DNA from: an uncultured Clostridia bacterium
Lineage (GTDB): Bacteria > Bacillota > Clostridia > Christensenellales > UBA1242
Length of the DNA: 64,000 bases
Reading direction: 5' to 3'
NCBI GenBank assembly: GCA_944384395.1
Contig: CALWTD010000035.1
Location: 565 to 64,564, forward strand
Shown one piece after another: positions 50,057 to 59,725 of the stretch; position 1 is the first letter of the stretch, and the number at the start of each line of letters is the position of its first letter. A program made the translations under genes and the position numbers. A model generated the notes under the pieces. That model saw nothing but the letters and a program-made list of their open reading frames with translations. It was not told the DNA's origin and made no database searches.

Positions 50057-50148
50057 TATTCCTCCTGTATATAGTTTTTGCTAACATTATAATTTTATGT
50101 AAATTGTTTAATAAAAACAAAATAGGGAATAAACAAATTGGAGGAAAG

Positions 50149-50595
50149 ATGCAAGATAAAATTAGAAACGAAAGATATAACAAATATGTTGAAGCAAAGA
50201 TTGCCAAAACTCATGCTTGGCCTAGTTTGTTTAATTCTTTTTGGGTAGGTGGTCTCATATGTACAATTGGACAATTATTTAATGATATTTTACTTTTAAG
50301 TTTTCCTAATATGTCTACGCAAAGTGCTTGGGCATTTACGCTTATATTTTTAATCTTTATGGCATCATTTTTAACAGGACTGGGAGTATTTGACAAAATA
50401 GGCGCATTTGCAGGTGCAGGAACAATTGTTCCTATAACAGGATTTTCTAATTCTATTGCAAGCCCCGCTTTAGAATTTAAAAATGAGGGAATTATATTTG
50501 GAATGTGTGCAAAGATGTTTATAATTGCTGGACCTGTTATTGTTTGTGGTACAGTCGCAAGCATGATTGTAGGACTAATATATTTATTTATATAG
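50149..50595 (+). CDS. spoVAC: Stage V sporulation protein AC
   Basis: GGAGG RBS before the ATG at 50149. A membrane protein of about 148 aa with the conserved FNSFWVGGLICTIGQ and ITGFSNS segments, followed by spoVAD/AE. Confidence 0.88.
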   Translation: MQDKIRNERYNKYVEAKIAKTHAWPSLFNSFWVGGLICTIGQLFNDILLLSFPNMSTQSAWAFTLIFLIFMASFLTGLGVFDKIGAFAGAGTIVPITGFSNSIASPALEFKNEGIIFGMCAKMFIIAGPVIVCGTVASMIVGLIYLFI

Positions 50596-50602
50596 GTGAA
50601 AT

Positions 50603-51619
50603 ATGGAAAGAAAAAGAGGACAACAAACTGTATTTTTTAAAAACAAACCAATCATTATTGGGCATTATTCTCTTGTTGGACCTAAAGAAGGTAAAGGACC
50701 ACTTAGAGATTATTTTAGTAAAATTGAAGAAGATGATTTATTTGGACAAAAGACATATGAGAAAGCAGAAAGAACAATGATTGAACAATCACTTCGTGGG
50801 GCAGTTGAAAATGCAGGTATAAAATTTGGCGATGTAAGGCTTTTTTTATCTGGCGACTTATTAAATCAAATAATTAGTTCAAGTTATGCTGCAAGGTCTT
50901 TTGATATTCCTTATGTTGGAGTATTTGGTGCATGTTCAACTATGGCAGAAAGTTTAGCACTTGGAGCATGTTTAGTTGATGGTGGACATTTTGACACAGT
51001 TGCATGTGCAACATCAAGTCATTTTTCAACTGCAGAAAGACAATTTAGATTTCCACTTGAATTAGGAAATCAACGACCACCTACATCTCAATGGACAGTA
51101 ACAGGCTCTGGTTCAACAATTTTGTCATGTAAGGGGCATGGTCCAAGAATTACATGTGCAACATTTGGAAAAGTTACTGATTACGGAATAAGTGATGTAA
51201 ACAATATGGGAGCAGCTATGGCACCTGCCGCTATGAATACGCTTATTGCACATTTTAAAGATACACACACTAAACCTGAAGATTATGATTTGATTTTAAC
51301 AGGTGATTTAGGTAAATTGGGAAGTGAAATTTTAATAGATTTAATGGAAGACCATGGTTATAAACTTGGACTAAATTATAAAGATTGTGGGCAAATGATA
51401 TTTAAAAGAAATCAAAATGTTTTAATGGGTGGTAGTGGTTGTGGTTGTAGTGCCACAGTTTTAAATTCAATTATTTTAGATAAAATTATAAAAGGCGAAT
51501 ATAAAAAAGTTTTATTTATGGCAACAGGTGCATTACTTAGCACAACAAGTTCTCAACAAGGCGATACTATACCAGGCATTGCTCACGCCATAGTTATAGA
51601 AGGAGAAAAAAATGAATGA
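50603..51619 (+). CDS. spoVAD: Stage V sporulation protein AD
   Basis: 338-aa thiolase-fold-like protein (GACSTMAESL, MGGSGCGCSA), typical of SpoVAD. Confidence 0.9.
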   Translation: MERKRGQQTVFFKNKPIIIGHYSLVGPKEGKGPLRDYFSKIEEDDLFGQKTYEKAERTMIEQSLRGAVENAGIKFGDVRLFLSGDLLNQIISSSYAARSFDIPYVGVFGACSTMAESLALGACLVDGGHFDTVACATSSHFSTAERQFRFPLELGNQRPPTSQWTVTGSGSTILSCKGHGPRITCATFGKVTDYGISDVNNMGAAMAPAAMNTLIAHFKDTHTKPEDYDLILTGDLGKLGSEILIDLMEDHGYKLGLNYKDCGQMIFKRNQNVLMGGSGCGCSATVLNSIILDKIIKGEYKKVLFMATGALLSTTSSQQGDTIPGIAHAIVIEGEKNE

Positions 51620-51983
51620 TTGGTATGTATATTTGATTGTCTTTTTAAGTGGTGGACTAATTTGCTTTTTGGGACAAATTCTTATTATAAAAACAAAAAT
51701 GACATCTGCAAGAATACTTGTTACATTTGAATTATTTGGAGTTTTTTTAGCAGCTATTGGACTTTATGACCCAATAAGTTCATTTTGTAAGGCTGGAATA
51801 AATGTTCCAATTATAGGGTTTGGAGCTTCTCTTGCAAATGGAGCAATAAATGCTGTAAAATCTAAAGGAATTTTGGGTATATTTACAGGTGGACTTGAAG
51901 CAACTGCTGGTGGAATTGCCGCTGCTGTATTTTTTGCTTTCATATTTGGTATTATATTTAGAGCAAGAACAAAAAAGTTTTAG
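51612..51983 (+). CDS. spoVAE: Stage V sporulation protein AE (SpoVAEb-type)
   Basis: 123-aa membrane protein with VPIIGFGASLANG. Overlaps the spoVAD stop. Confidence 0.85.
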   Translation: MNDWYVYLIVFLSGGLICFLGQILIIKTKMTSARILVTFELFGVFLAAIGLYDPISSFCKAGINVPIIGFGASLANGAINAVKSKGILGIFTGGLEATAGGIAAAVFFAFIFGIIFRARTKKF

Positions 51984-52016
51984 CAATTTTGATTTATAAT
52001 TAGCATATATAATAAC

Positions 52017-52700
52017 ATGATTAGGTGTAAAAAGAAGCAAAAATTATATATGCCTATAAAGTTTAAATTAGCGTTGTTTTTATGTATATTTACATTGCTA
52101 ATTATTTTTATTTTTGTTTATCTAAATAATGTTGTAAATCCTGTAATTATCGAATCAAGTTCTGCAAAAACTCGCTCGCTTTCACAAAAAGCAGTAGAAC
52201 AAGCAATATATGACACAATTAAAGATAATGCAATATACGATTCTCTTGTTATGATTACAAGAGATGAAGCGGGTGATGTCGTTTATATAAGTACAAACAC
52301 GTTGCAAATAAACATGCTTGCAAGAGAACTTGCAAAATCTGCACAAGTAAGACTTGAAGAGTTGGGAGCAGAAGGAATAGATATTCCATTTGGAACATTT
52401 ACAGGTATGCCAATTTTTGTAGGTCGTGGACCTGATATAAATATAAAACTTTTGCCTATTGGCAGTATATCGTGCAAATTTAGTTCGGAATTTATTGATG
52501 CAGGAATAAATCAAACTAATCACAAAATTTATTTAACTGTAACTTCTAATGTTTCTGTGATTTTACCAACTGCAAACCAAAACGTGCAAACAACAACACA
52601 AGTCCTTATTGCCGAAAGTATTATTGTTGGAAAAATTCCTGACACATACTTAAATTCTTCAAGCATTGATGATATGCTAAACTTAATCCCAGGAGATTAA
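52017..52700 (+). CDS. yunB: Sporulation protein YunB
   Basis: N-terminal TM and the YunB-type pattern (GIDIPFGTFTGMPIFVGRGPDINIKLLPIGS, GINQTNHKIYL, IIVGKIPDTY). Start is 52017 or 52050. Confidence 0.75.
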   Translation: MIRCKKKQKLYMPIKFKLALFLCIFTLLIIFIFVYLNNVVNPVIIESSSAKTRSLSQKAVEQAIYDTIKDNAIYDSLVMITRDEAGDVVYISTNTLQINMLARELAKSAQVRLEELGAEGIDIPFGTFTGMPIFVGRGPDINIKLLPIGSISCKFSSEFIDAGINQTNHKIYLTVTSNVSVILPTANQNVQTTTQVLIAESIIVGKIPDTYLNSSSIDDMLNLIPGD

Positions 52701-53579
52701 CCGAATAAAATCGTCAGGGAAAGGGATACTTAAATAAATTTTTTGTTTTGTTGTTGGATGAACAAAACTAAGTTCTTTACATACAAGTGCTGTGTGATTT
52801 ATAAGTTCACTTTTAGAGCCGTAAAGAGAATCACCTAAAAGGGCATGTCCAATACTTGACATATGAATTCTAATTTGATGTGTTCTTCCGTGTTTTAAGT
52901 TTATTTTAACTAGACAATAACCATTAAAGTTTTTTATAACTTCTACAAATGTTTTGGCACTTTTTCCGTTAGAGGAAATTGCTCGCTTTTGAAAGTTATA
53001 TCCATCTTTATTTATTAAAGTTTCAATTTTTTTGTCTATAACTATTGTTTCTTTTTCTTTAAGATTGCCTTCACAAAGTGCATAATATGTTTTACTAGTG
53101 TTGTTTTCGTCATTTAAAAAATTACTTGCTAAACTATTTTTGGCTATAAGGACTAGACCACTTGCTTCTTTGTCTAAACGATTTATTATTCTAACAACAA
53201 AATTAGAATCTTTTTTCTCCATGTAGGCAAGTATTGCTCCACTTAAATTGAAAGAAAAATGTGATTTTGATGGCATACTAGGCATGTTGCTTGGTTTGTT
53301 TACAACCAGAACATCATCATCTTCATATACTATATTTAGTGGTACTATGCAAGAATAAATACTAGTTTTTGTATTCGGATTAACATTTATTGATATAACA
53401 TCATTTTCTTTTACTATTGCATTTATAAAGCAATTTTCGCCATTTAACTTAATGTATCCAAATACTTTTCTTAGATTTTTTAAAAAGTTTTCGCTATATT
53501 TATTCATTTTAAGATATGAATAGATTGTTTGTTTTTCTCTTGGATTTGTTACCTTAACTTCTTTATATTTTATTTCCAT
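52683..53579 (-). CDS. RluA-family pseudouridine synthase
   Basis: Catalytic motif RLDKEASGLVLIAK, C-terminal GRTHQIRIHMSSIGHALLGDSLYG, and an N-terminal S4-like region. Confidence 0.88.
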   Translation of the reverse strand: MEIKYKEVKVTNPREKQTIYSYLKMNKYSENFLKNLRKVFGYIKLNGENCFINAIVKENDVISINVNPNTKTSIYSCIVPLNIVYEDDDVLVVNKPSNMPSMPSKSHFSFNLSGAILAYMEKKDSNFVVRIINRLDKEASGLVLIAKNSLASNFLNDENNTSKTYYALCEGNLKEKETIVIDKKIETLINKDGYNFQKRAISSNGKSAKTFVEVIKNFNGYCLVKINLKHGRTHQIRIHMSSIGHALLGDSLYGSKSELINHTALVCKELSFVHPTTKQKIYLSIPFPDDFIRLISWD

Positions 53580-53619
53580 ACAATATATTTTAATAAAAAA
53601 TATATAATTTGCAAATCAA

Positions 53620-53648
53620 TTGACAATTTTTTTTTAATATGATATCTT
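53620..53648 (+). promoter_or_regulatory. Sigma-A-type promoter of the pheST leader
   Basis: TTGACA, 17-nt spacer, TATCTT with an extended TG. Confidence 0.45.
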
Positions 53649-53654
53649 TTTTAT

Positions 53655-53901
53655 GTTTTTGAAAAACTATGATGAAAGACTAGTAACTATTCTAATATCA
53701 AACAGAGAGGAAAATTCGTGGCTGAAAGATTTTCTTTGATAATTATAGTGAATTCACTTTCTAGTTGCCAGCTGAACAAATTTAAGAGATTTTAAGTAAG
53801 ATTGGTCGGGAAATCCCGTTATAGATTAAACGAGTGTGCTTTGCATAACTTAGGTGGTACCGTGGTTAATTCACCCTAAGGTTGCAAAGTTTTTTTATTT
53901 T
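53655..53901 (+). promoter_or_regulatory. T-box riboswitch leader (Phe, specifier UUC) with an intrinsic terminator
   Basis: Stem I elements AGAGAGG and GTGGCTGAAAG. Specifier loop GAA-TTC-A (TTC at 53753-53755). T-box sequence AACTTAGGTGGTACCGTGG (53847-53865). Terminator helix 53839-53889 (CTTTGCA/TGCAAAG plus CTTAGG.G/C.CCTAAG) followed by a T-run. Confidence 0.88.
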
Positions 53902-53913
53902 AAAGGAGAGATG

Positions 53914-54933
53914 ATGAAAGAGCAAATTAACAGTTTTTTACAAAAAGCACAAGAAGAACTAAGTGCCTGCAATTCGCTTAAAGAACTAAATGAATTAAAG
54001 GTAAAATTTCTTGGAAAACAAGGAGAACTCACTTCTTTTTTAAGAGGAATGAAAGACGTTCCAAAAGAAGATAGACCAGAAATGGGACAACTTATAAACA
54101 ATGCACGAAATGTTGTTGAACAAAAAATAAATGAACTTGAAAACATGTTCTCTCAGCAAGAATTAAATGAAAAGTTACAAAATGAAAAGATTGACATAAC
54201 TGAGTCAAGTAAAGGAATTGAGAAAGGTGAATTACACCCACTTTATAAAGTTTTTGATAAACTTATAGATTGTTGTGTTGAAATGGGATTTAAAGTTATT
54301 ACAGGTCCAGAAGTTGAATATGATTATTACAATTTTGAAGCTTTAAACGTTCCCAAAGACCATCCAGCAAGAGATATGCAAGACACTTTCTTTATTAACG
54401 ATAATATTTTACTAAGGTCGCAAACATCGTCAGTGCAAGTAAGGGCAATGCAAAATTTAAAACCACCATTTAAAGTTGTAAGTCCTGGAAGAACATACAG
54501 AGCAGATAGCGATGCTACTCATAGTCCCGTATTCCATCAATTTGAAGGTTTAGTTGTAGACGAAAATATTTCAATGATAGATTTAAAAAGTATGCTTACA
54601 AAACTTCTTTCAATGTTGTTTGGCGAAAATACAAAAATAAGATTTAGGCCATCATATTTCCCATTTACAGAGCCAAGTGTTGAAGTTGACGCAACTTGTC
54701 CATCTTGTGGTGGAAAAGGTTGCAATCTTTGTAAAGGCACAGGATATATGGAACTATTGGGCGCGGGAATGGTAAATCCAAAAGTTTTAGAAATGAGTGG
54801 AATTGATAGTAAAAAATATACAGGATTTGCTTTTGGACCGGGCGTTGACAGACTGGCGATGGTTGTTAATAAAATACCAGACCTTAGGATGATGTTTGAA
54901 AACGACGTAAAATTTTTGGAGCAATTAAAATAA
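53914..54933 (+). CDS. pheS: Phenylalanine--tRNA ligase alpha subunit
   Basis: Class II motifs (HPARDMQDTFF, FRPSYFPFTEPS, GFAFGPGVDRLAM). AAAGGAG RBS. ATGs at 53911 and 53914; the ORF-track start at 53854 lies inside the T-box terminator. Confidence 0.95.
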   Translation: MKEQINSFLQKAQEELSACNSLKELNELKVKFLGKQGELTSFLRGMKDVPKEDRPEMGQLINNARNVVEQKINELENMFSQQELNEKLQNEKIDITESSKGIEKGELHPLYKVFDKLIDCCVEMGFKVITGPEVEYDYYNFEALNVPKDHPARDMQDTFFINDNILLRSQTSSVQVRAMQNLKPPFKVVSPGRTYRADSDATHSPVFHQFEGLVVDENISMIDLKSMLTKLLSMLFGENTKIRFRPSYFPFTEPSVEVDATCPSCGGKGCNLCKGTGYMELLGAGMVNPKVLEMSGIDSKKYTGFAFGPGVDRLAMVVNKIPDLRMMFENDVKFLEQLK

Positions 54934-54946
54934 GTAGGAGAAAAAA

Positions 54947-57346
54947 ATGAAAGTATCATTAAATTGGTTAAAAGATTTTGTTGATATAGATGTATCGCCA
55001 GAAGTATTGGCACAACTATTAACAAACTCAGGAAATGAAGTTGAAGAAATTATATATCAAGACAAATATTTAAAAAATGTTGTTGTTGGAAAAATATTAG
55101 AAATAAAAAAACATCCAAATGCCGAAAAATTAGACATATGCCAAGTTGATATTGGCTCTAAAATCACACAAATAGTAACAGCTGCAAAAAATATTAAGGT
55201 GAATGACCTTGTTCCAGTTTCTCTTGCAGGAGCTAACCTTGCAAATGGGATTCATATTGAAAACTCGAAATTAAGAGGTGTTGATTCTCTTGGAATGTTT
55301 TGTTCAATAGAAGAACTTGGAGTTACAGATTATGACGGAATCAAAGACGGAATAATGATTTTAGATAATGATGCAAAAGTTGGACAAGATATTAGCGAAG
55401 CACTTTTAATGAATGATGTTATATTTGATATAAATGTAACTGCAAATAGACCGGATTGCATGAGTATTATTGGAATAGCAAGAGAAGTAAGTGCACTTTT
55501 AAATAAACCATTAAAACAACCTTCACTTAATTATGAAACTTGCAAAGATGATGATGTTTCTAATTATGTAAGTGTTGATGTGCTAGACAAAACGCTATGT
55601 CCAAGATATATTGCAACAGCTGTAAAAGACATAAAAATAGAAAAATCACCAAAGTGGCTTAGAGCAAGATTAGTTAGTGTTGACATAAAACCTATAAATA
55701 ACATTGTAGATATAACAAACTATGTTTTAGTTGAATATGGTCAACCTATGCACGCCTTTGACCAAAAATATCTTGATGGCAAAAAAATTGTTGTAAGAAC
55801 AGGTAAAAAAGGCGAAAGCATAAAAGTCTTAAATCAAAACACATATGAAGTAGATGAAAATATGCTTTGTGTTTGTGATGAAAATAAACCTGTTGTTATT
55901 GCAGGTATTATTGGTGGATTAAATAGTTGCGTTAGCGACAACACAACAACTGCTGTTTTAGAGTCAGCATGTTTTGAACGTGCCTGTGTAAGAAGAACAA
56001 GCAGAAAAATTGGAGTAAGAACAGATTCAACAGCAAGATTTGAAAAAGGTGTTGATATAGGCTCACCAGAACTTGGTATGCAAAGAGCATTAAATTTAGT
56101 TTACACATTAAAAGCAGGAACAATTGTAAGTGGAATAATTGACACAATAAAAGAAAAACCACAAAATAAAAATCTTTCTTTTTCTTTGTCTAGAATTTTT
56201 AAACTTCTTGGAATAACAGTTGAAAATGAAAAAGTTTTAAGTATATTAAACAACTTAGGATTAAAAAGCACAATAGACGGCGACACTTTGCAATGTGAAG
56301 TTCCTGTTTATAGAACAGATATAGAAAATGACGCTGATATTGCAGAAGAAATAATAAGAATGTATGGTTACGATGTTTATGATAAATTTGACAATTTGCC
56401 ACTATACAATGCAACTGTTACAGTAGGTGAGCATGACAAGGTTTTGTTATTAGAAAGAAAACTAAAATATGAACTATGCGATTATGGTTTTTATGAAACT
56501 GTAAACTTCTCAATTTGCAGTGATGATGTTAAACAAAAATTGTTGATAAACAAGGAATCTCCACTATTTAACATGATAAAAATTGCAAATCCAATCAGTG
56601 AAGATTTAGGTTATTTAAGAACAACAATGGCAAATGCTATTCTTTCTACTGCTTCAAGAAATATTGCAAGAAAAAATAATAGTTTCAAGCTGTTTGAAGC
56701 CGGCAGAGTATATTTGCCAAAAGAGTTACCACTTAAAGAACTTCCAAACGAAGTTAACTATATGTCGTTTGTTTCAGTAAACGCTAACGACGATTTTTAT
56801 ACTTTTAAAGGAATTATAGAAAACTTATTAAGACAATTTGATTTAAATTATACTCTTAACTATTCAACTCTATGTTATATGCATCCAGGAATTAGTGCTG
56901 ATATAACAAATACACAAAACAATGAAATCATTGGAACTTTTGGACAAATACATCCAAAGGTTGCAAAAAATTTTGAGTTGCCAACAAAAACTTATTATGC
57001 AGAGATAAATATAGATAAGCTTGTATGTTTAAAAGAAAAATCACACAGTGTTAAAATGATTTCTAAATATCCTGTTGTTGATAGAGATTTAGCTATTATA
57101 TGTGATGAAAAAGTTACAATAGAACAAATACTTGAAAGCGTCAAAAAGTCTTGTGGCAAATTGTATTATAGTGCTAAGGTCTTTGATATTTATAGAAATA
57201 GTAGCATAGGTGAAAACAAAAAAAGCGTTGCATTTAGTTTTAAATTACTTAGTTATGACAAAACATTAACAGACGAAGAAATAAATCAAACTGTAAACAA
57301 AATACTAAAAGATTTAAAATACAAAGTTGGAGCACAATTAAGATGA
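54947..57346 (+). CDS. pheT: Phenylalanine--tRNA ligase beta subunit
   Basis: MKVSLNWLKDFVDI N-terminus with tRNA-binding, B3/4, B5 and FDX-ACB domains in order. Confidence 0.95.
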   Translation: MKVSLNWLKDFVDIDVSPEVLAQLLTNSGNEVEEIIYQDKYLKNVVVGKILEIKKHPNAEKLDICQVDIGSKITQIVTAAKNIKVNDLVPVSLAGANLANGIHIENSKLRGVDSLGMFCSIEELGVTDYDGIKDGIMILDNDAKVGQDISEALLMNDVIFDINVTANRPDCMSIIGIAREVSALLNKPLKQPSLNYETCKDDDVSNYVSVDVLDKTLCPRYIATAVKDIKIEKSPKWLRARLVSVDIKPINNIVDITNYVLVEYGQPMHAFDQKYLDGKKIVVRTGKKGESIKVLNQNTYEVDENMLCVCDENKPVVIAGIIGGLNSCVSDNTTTAVLESACFERACVRRTSRKIGVRTDSTARFEKGVDIGSPELGMQRALNLVYTLKAGTIVSGIIDTIKEKPQNKNLSFSLSRIFKLLGITVENEKVLSILNNLGLKSTIDGDTLQCEVPVYRTDIENDADIAEEIIRMYGYDVYDKFDNLPLYNATVTVGEHDKVLLLERKLKYELCDYGFYETVNFSICSDDVKQKLLINKESPLFNMIKIANPISEDLGYLRTTMANAILSTASRNIARKNNSFKLFEAGRVYLPKELPLKELPNEVNYMSFVSVNANDDFYTFKGIIENLLRQFDLNYTLNYSTLCYMHPGISADITNTQNNEIIGTFGQIHPKVAKNFELPTKTYYAEINIDKLVCLKEKSHSVKMISKYPVVDRDLAIICDEKVTIEQILESVKKSCGKLYYSAKVFDIYRNSSIGENKKSVAFSFKLLSYDKTLTDEEINQTVNKILKDLKYKVGAQLR

Positions 57347-58467
57347 TATACTTAGATAATGCAGCAACTACGCAAATTTCATCAAATGCTTTAAAAACAT
57401 ATGATTTGTATGCAAGAGAACAGTTTTTTAATCCATCAGGTATATATGATGTTGCTGTTAAAGTAAAAAATGATATTGAATCTGCAAAAAAAACAATATT
57501 AGATGCTTTAAAAACATCAAGTGGCGACATAGTTTTTACATCTTCAGCAACAGAAGCAAACAACTTGGCAATTTTTGGTTCGCTTAGGTCTAACTTTAAA
57601 AAGATTGTTCTTTCAATGGCAGATCATCCATCAATTTACAATGTAGGACTTGAACTTGAAAACAGAGGCTATAAAGTTGAATTTTGCCCACTTCAAGAAA
57701 ATGGTCAAATAGATTATGATGCACTTGAAAAAATTTTAGACGAAGATACAAGTTTAATATCAATAATTCATGTTTGCAATGAAACAGGTGCTATAAATGA
57801 TTTAAAAAGAATAAATGAGTTACGCAAAAAGAAATGTCCAAAAGCAATCTTTCATGCTGACGGCGTGCAAGCATTTTCAAAAATAAAAATCAATTTGGAT
57901 TATTTTGGAGTTGACCTTTATACAATAAGTGGGCACAAAATGTTTGCACCAAAGGGCATAGCATGTTTATATGTTAGAGAAGGTTTACATTTAAAACCTA
58001 TCTTATTCGGTGGTGGTCAAGAACATAATCTTAGATCGGGAACAGAGAATGTCCCTGCTATTATGGCGCTTAAAACTGCTGTTTTAGAAATTGGCGATAT
58101 TAAACAAAATTATGAACATGTAAAAAAATTAAAAGATATTTTTGTTTCAAATTTAAAAGATATACCATGTACTATAAACTCAAATGAAGAAAATTCGCCA
58201 TATATATTAAGTTTAACCTTTAAAGGCGTAAATGGAGAAACACTTGTTCATATGCTTGAACAAAATGGTATATATGTTAGCACAGGAAGTGCTTGTTCCA
58301 GCAGGAAAAAAGGCAATAGAATACTTTCTGCTATGAACTTACGATTGGAAGATGTTGTTGGAAGTATTCGTGTTAGTTTTTCTAAACATAATACAATAGA
58401 AGAGGTTGAAACTGCATCAAAAACATTAAAAAATTGTTACAATGAACTTATAGAAAAATTGAGGTAG
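57343..58467 (+). CDS. Cysteine desulfurase (NifS/IscS/NifZ-like)
   Basis: PLP-lysine motif SGHKMFAPKG and catalytic loop GSACSS. Paired with thiI as in Bacillus nifZ-thiI. Confidence 0.88.
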   Translation: MIYLDNAATTQISSNALKTYDLYAREQFFNPSGIYDVAVKVKNDIESAKKTILDALKTSSGDIVFTSSATEANNLAIFGSLRSNFKKIVLSMADHPSIYNVGLELENRGYKVEFCPLQENGQIDYDALEKILDEDTSLISIIHVCNETGAINDLKRINELRKKKCPKAIFHADGVQAFSKIKINLDYFGVDLYTISGHKMFAPKGIACLYVREGLHLKPILFGGGQEHNLRSGTENVPAIMALKTAVLEIGDIKQNYEHVKKLKDIFVSNLKDIPCTINSNEENSPYILSLTFKGVNGETLVHMLEQNGIYVSTGSACSSRKKGNRILSAMNLRLEDVVGSIRVSFSKHNTIEEVETASKTLKNCYNELIEKLR

Positions 58468-58469
58468 AA

Positions 58470-59624
58470 ATGAAAAGAGTTATTTTACTTAGATTTGGTG
58501 AATTATACTTAAAGGGAAAAAATAGAGGATATTTTGAAAAAGTTTTAATTTCAAATATAAAACTAAGTTTAAAAGGTATTGAATGTAAATTTTATAAGGT
58601 TACAGGCAGATATATTGTAAGCGATTATGACGAAATTGATGAAACATTAATAATAAATAAATTAACAAAAGTATTTGGTCTTGTTTCATTGTCAGTAGCA
58701 ATAGAAGTTAAAACAGATGTAGATGCAATAAAAGACTATATTTCCAGTTTAAAAATACCAGCAAAAACATTTAGAGTTTCAGTTACAAGAGCTGATAAAA
58801 CATTTCCAATTCAATCTAATATATTTGAAAGAGAATTAGGTGGCTTAATTTTAAAAAATAATCCTTCACTTAAAGTTAAACTTAAAGATTATGAAACAGA
58901 AATTGTTGTGGATATCAGAGAAAATGGTTTAACTTATATACTACATGACAAAATTGAATGTGAAGGCGGTATGCCACTTGGTACAGCAGGAAAGGGGCTT
59001 TTGTTGTTGTCTGGTGGAATAGATAGCCCTGTAGCAGGTTATATGATTGCAAAAAGGGGAATGAGTATAACAGGTCTACATTTCCATAGTTTTCCTTACA
59101 CTAGCGAAATGGCAAAACAAAAAGTTATTTCACTTGCAAAACTAATTTCTCCATATTGTGGAAAAATTAAATTGTATATGTGCCCTTTTACAAAAATTCA
59201 AGAAGAAATACACAAACATTGTGCGCCTGAATTTATGATAACAATAATGCGTAGAATAATGATGAAAATTGCCGGAAAAATTGCAATTCAAAGTGGTTGC
59301 AAAGCAATTATTACAGGTGAAAACCTTGGGCAAGTTGCAAGTCAAACAGTTGAAAGTTTAACTGTTACGAATTTTTCTCAAACTAATGTTCCAATTTTTA
59401 GACCACTTATTGCATTCGATAAAAAAGATATTATAAACATATCTCGAAAAATAGGAACATATGAAACATCTATTTTGCCATATGAAGATTGTTGCACAGT
59501 TTTTCTTCCAAAAAATCCTGTTATTAAACCTAAACTTGACAAAGTATTAAAAGAAGAATCGAAACTTGATATTAAAACATTAGTTGATAATGCAGTGAAA
59601 AATATTGAAATAATAGAATGTTAA
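58470..59624 (+). CDS. thiI: tRNA 4-thiouridine synthase ThiI
   Basis: THUMP region and PP-loop SGGIDSPVA. No rhodanese domain (Firmicute type). Confidence 0.9.
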   Translation: MKRVILLRFGELYLKGKNRGYFEKVLISNIKLSLKGIECKFYKVTGRYIVSDYDEIDETLIINKLTKVFGLVSLSVAIEVKTDVDAIKDYISSLKIPAKTFRVSVTRADKTFPIQSNIFERELGGLILKNNPSLKVKLKDYETEIVVDIRENGLTYILHDKIECEGGMPLGTAGKGLLLLSGGIDSPVAGYMIAKRGMSITGLHFHSFPYTSEMAKQKVISLAKLISPYCGKIKLYMCPFTKIQEEIHKHCAPEFMITIMRRIMMKIAGKIAIQSGCKAIITGENLGQVASQTVESLTVTNFSQTNVPIFRPLIAFDKKDIINISRKIGTYETSILPYEDCCTVFLPKNPVIKPKLDKVLKEESKLDIKTLVDNAVKNIEIIEC

Positions 59625-59725
59625 AAAGTATTTGACAATTGTATGTAAAGTAAATTAAAATTGTATTGTAAATTAAATTTTACGATATATTAGTCGAATA
59701 TATATAATTAAAAAAGAGGTAATAA

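Noticed and set aside
50005-50148. N-terminal extensions in the ORF track. Affected starts: spoVAC from 50005, fhs from 452, rnr from 24892, pheS from 53854, secD from 13839, recA from 33772 and yebC from 7423.
   Set aside because: The extensions run through promoters, the T-box terminator or the divergent gene's signal sequence, and they lack an SD. In each case an internal ATG with a good GGAGG-type RBS matches the conserved family N-terminus.
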